Positions 63,072 to 64,000 of a stretch of 64,000 bases of DNA are shown here, piece by piece. Location: assembly GCF_964213995.1 (NCBI RefSeq), contig NC_135808.1, positions 3,596,001 through 3,660,000 of the forward strand, given 5' to 3'. Each line of letters starts with the position of its first letter. Position 1 is the first letter of the stretch. Under the pieces are notes generated by a model. That model was not told the origin of the DNA. It was given only the letters and a program-made list of their open reading frames with translations, and did no database searches. This DNA is from Mustelus asterias. Its lineage: Eukaryota. A program made the position numbers and the translations under genes.

Positions 63072-64000
63072 GGTGGTGATCGGGAGGAGGGGGTGGTGAT
63101 CGGGGAGAGAGGGGGTGGTGATCGGGGAGAGAGGGGGTGGTGATCGGGGAGAGAGGGGGTGGTGATCGGGGAGAGATGGGGTGGTGATCGGGGGGAGAGA
63201 GAGAGGGGGTGGTGATCGGGGGGAGAGGGGGGTGGTGATCGGGGGGAGAGGGGGTGGTGATCGGGGGGGGAAGGAGGGGGTGGTGATCGGGGGGGAAGGA
63301 GGGGGTGGTGATCGGGGGGAGAGGCGGTGGTGATCGGGGAGAGAGGGGGTGGTGATCGGGGAGAGAAGGGGTGGTGACCAGGGAGAGAGGGGGTGGTGAC
63401 CGGGGAGAGAGGGGGTAGTGACCGGGGAGAGAGGGGGTGGTGACCGGGGAGAGAGGGGGTGGTGACCGGGGAGAGAGGAGGTGGTGACCGGGGAGAGAGG
63501 GGGTGGTGACCGGTGGGAGAGGGGGTGGTGACCGGGGAGAGAGGGGGTGGTGACCGGGGAGAGAGGGGTTGGTGACCGGGGAGAGAGGGGTTGGTGACGG
63601 GGGGAGAGGGGATGGTGATCGGGGGGAGAGGGGGTGGTGATCGGGGGGAGAGGGGGTGGTGATCGGGTAGGGAGGGGGTGGTGATCGGGGGGAGAGGGGT
63701 TGGTGATCGGGGGGAGAGGGGATGGTGATCGGGGGGAGAGGGGGTGGTGATCGGGGGGAGAGGGGGTGGTGATCGGGTAGGGAGGGGATGGTGATCGGGG
63801 GGAGAGGGGGTGGTGATCGGGTAGGGAGGGGACGGTGATCGGGGGGAGAGGGGAAGGTGATCGGGGGGAGAGGGGGTGGTGATCGGGGGGGAAGGAGGGG
63901 ATGGTGATCGGGGGAGAAGGAGGGGGTGGTGATCGGGGGGAGAGGGGATGGTGATCGGGGGGAGAGGGGATGGTGATCGGGGGGAGAGGGGGTGGTGATC
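63072..64000. repeat. G-rich ~22-bp minisatellite running off the window end
   Basis: Unit ggtggtgatcggggagagaggg with variants. Confidence 0.95.

Overview
Eukaryotic, repeat-dense vertebrate DNA, almost certainly from a shark. The evidence is HE1 V-SINEs, HER1/CR1 LINEs, Deu-domain and LF-SINE-like SINEs, and shark-type B30.2 exons. Host gene content is sparse and on the + strand: (1) the 3' end of a butyrophilin-like gene, made of two 27-nt phase-1 micro-exons (7497-7523, 10286-10312) spliced to an intact terminal B30.2/PRY-SPRY exon (15877-16400); (2) a CpG-island/CCAAT promoter at about 26.6-27.0 kb with no clear gene; (3) a decayed TRIM-type B30.2 exon at 50914; (4) a signal-peptide exon at 53997-54048 that probably starts the next gene. 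The rest is nested transposons: CR1, L2, Rex1/Babar, Tx1, Penelope-like elements (a three-copy tandem array and two fold-back palindromes with minimal hammerhead ribozyme motifs), Gypsy and ERV relics with solo LTRs, PIF/Harbinger relics and two minisatellites. The most notable oddities are the hammerhead-bearing palindromes, a U2-snRNA-headed internally deleted Tx1 element, a minisatellite apparently born from an RT motif, and a complex templated insertion inside an ERV LTR. I see no convincing wholly new biological system. All family names come from recalled motifs rather than database searches, and most repeat boundaries are approximate.
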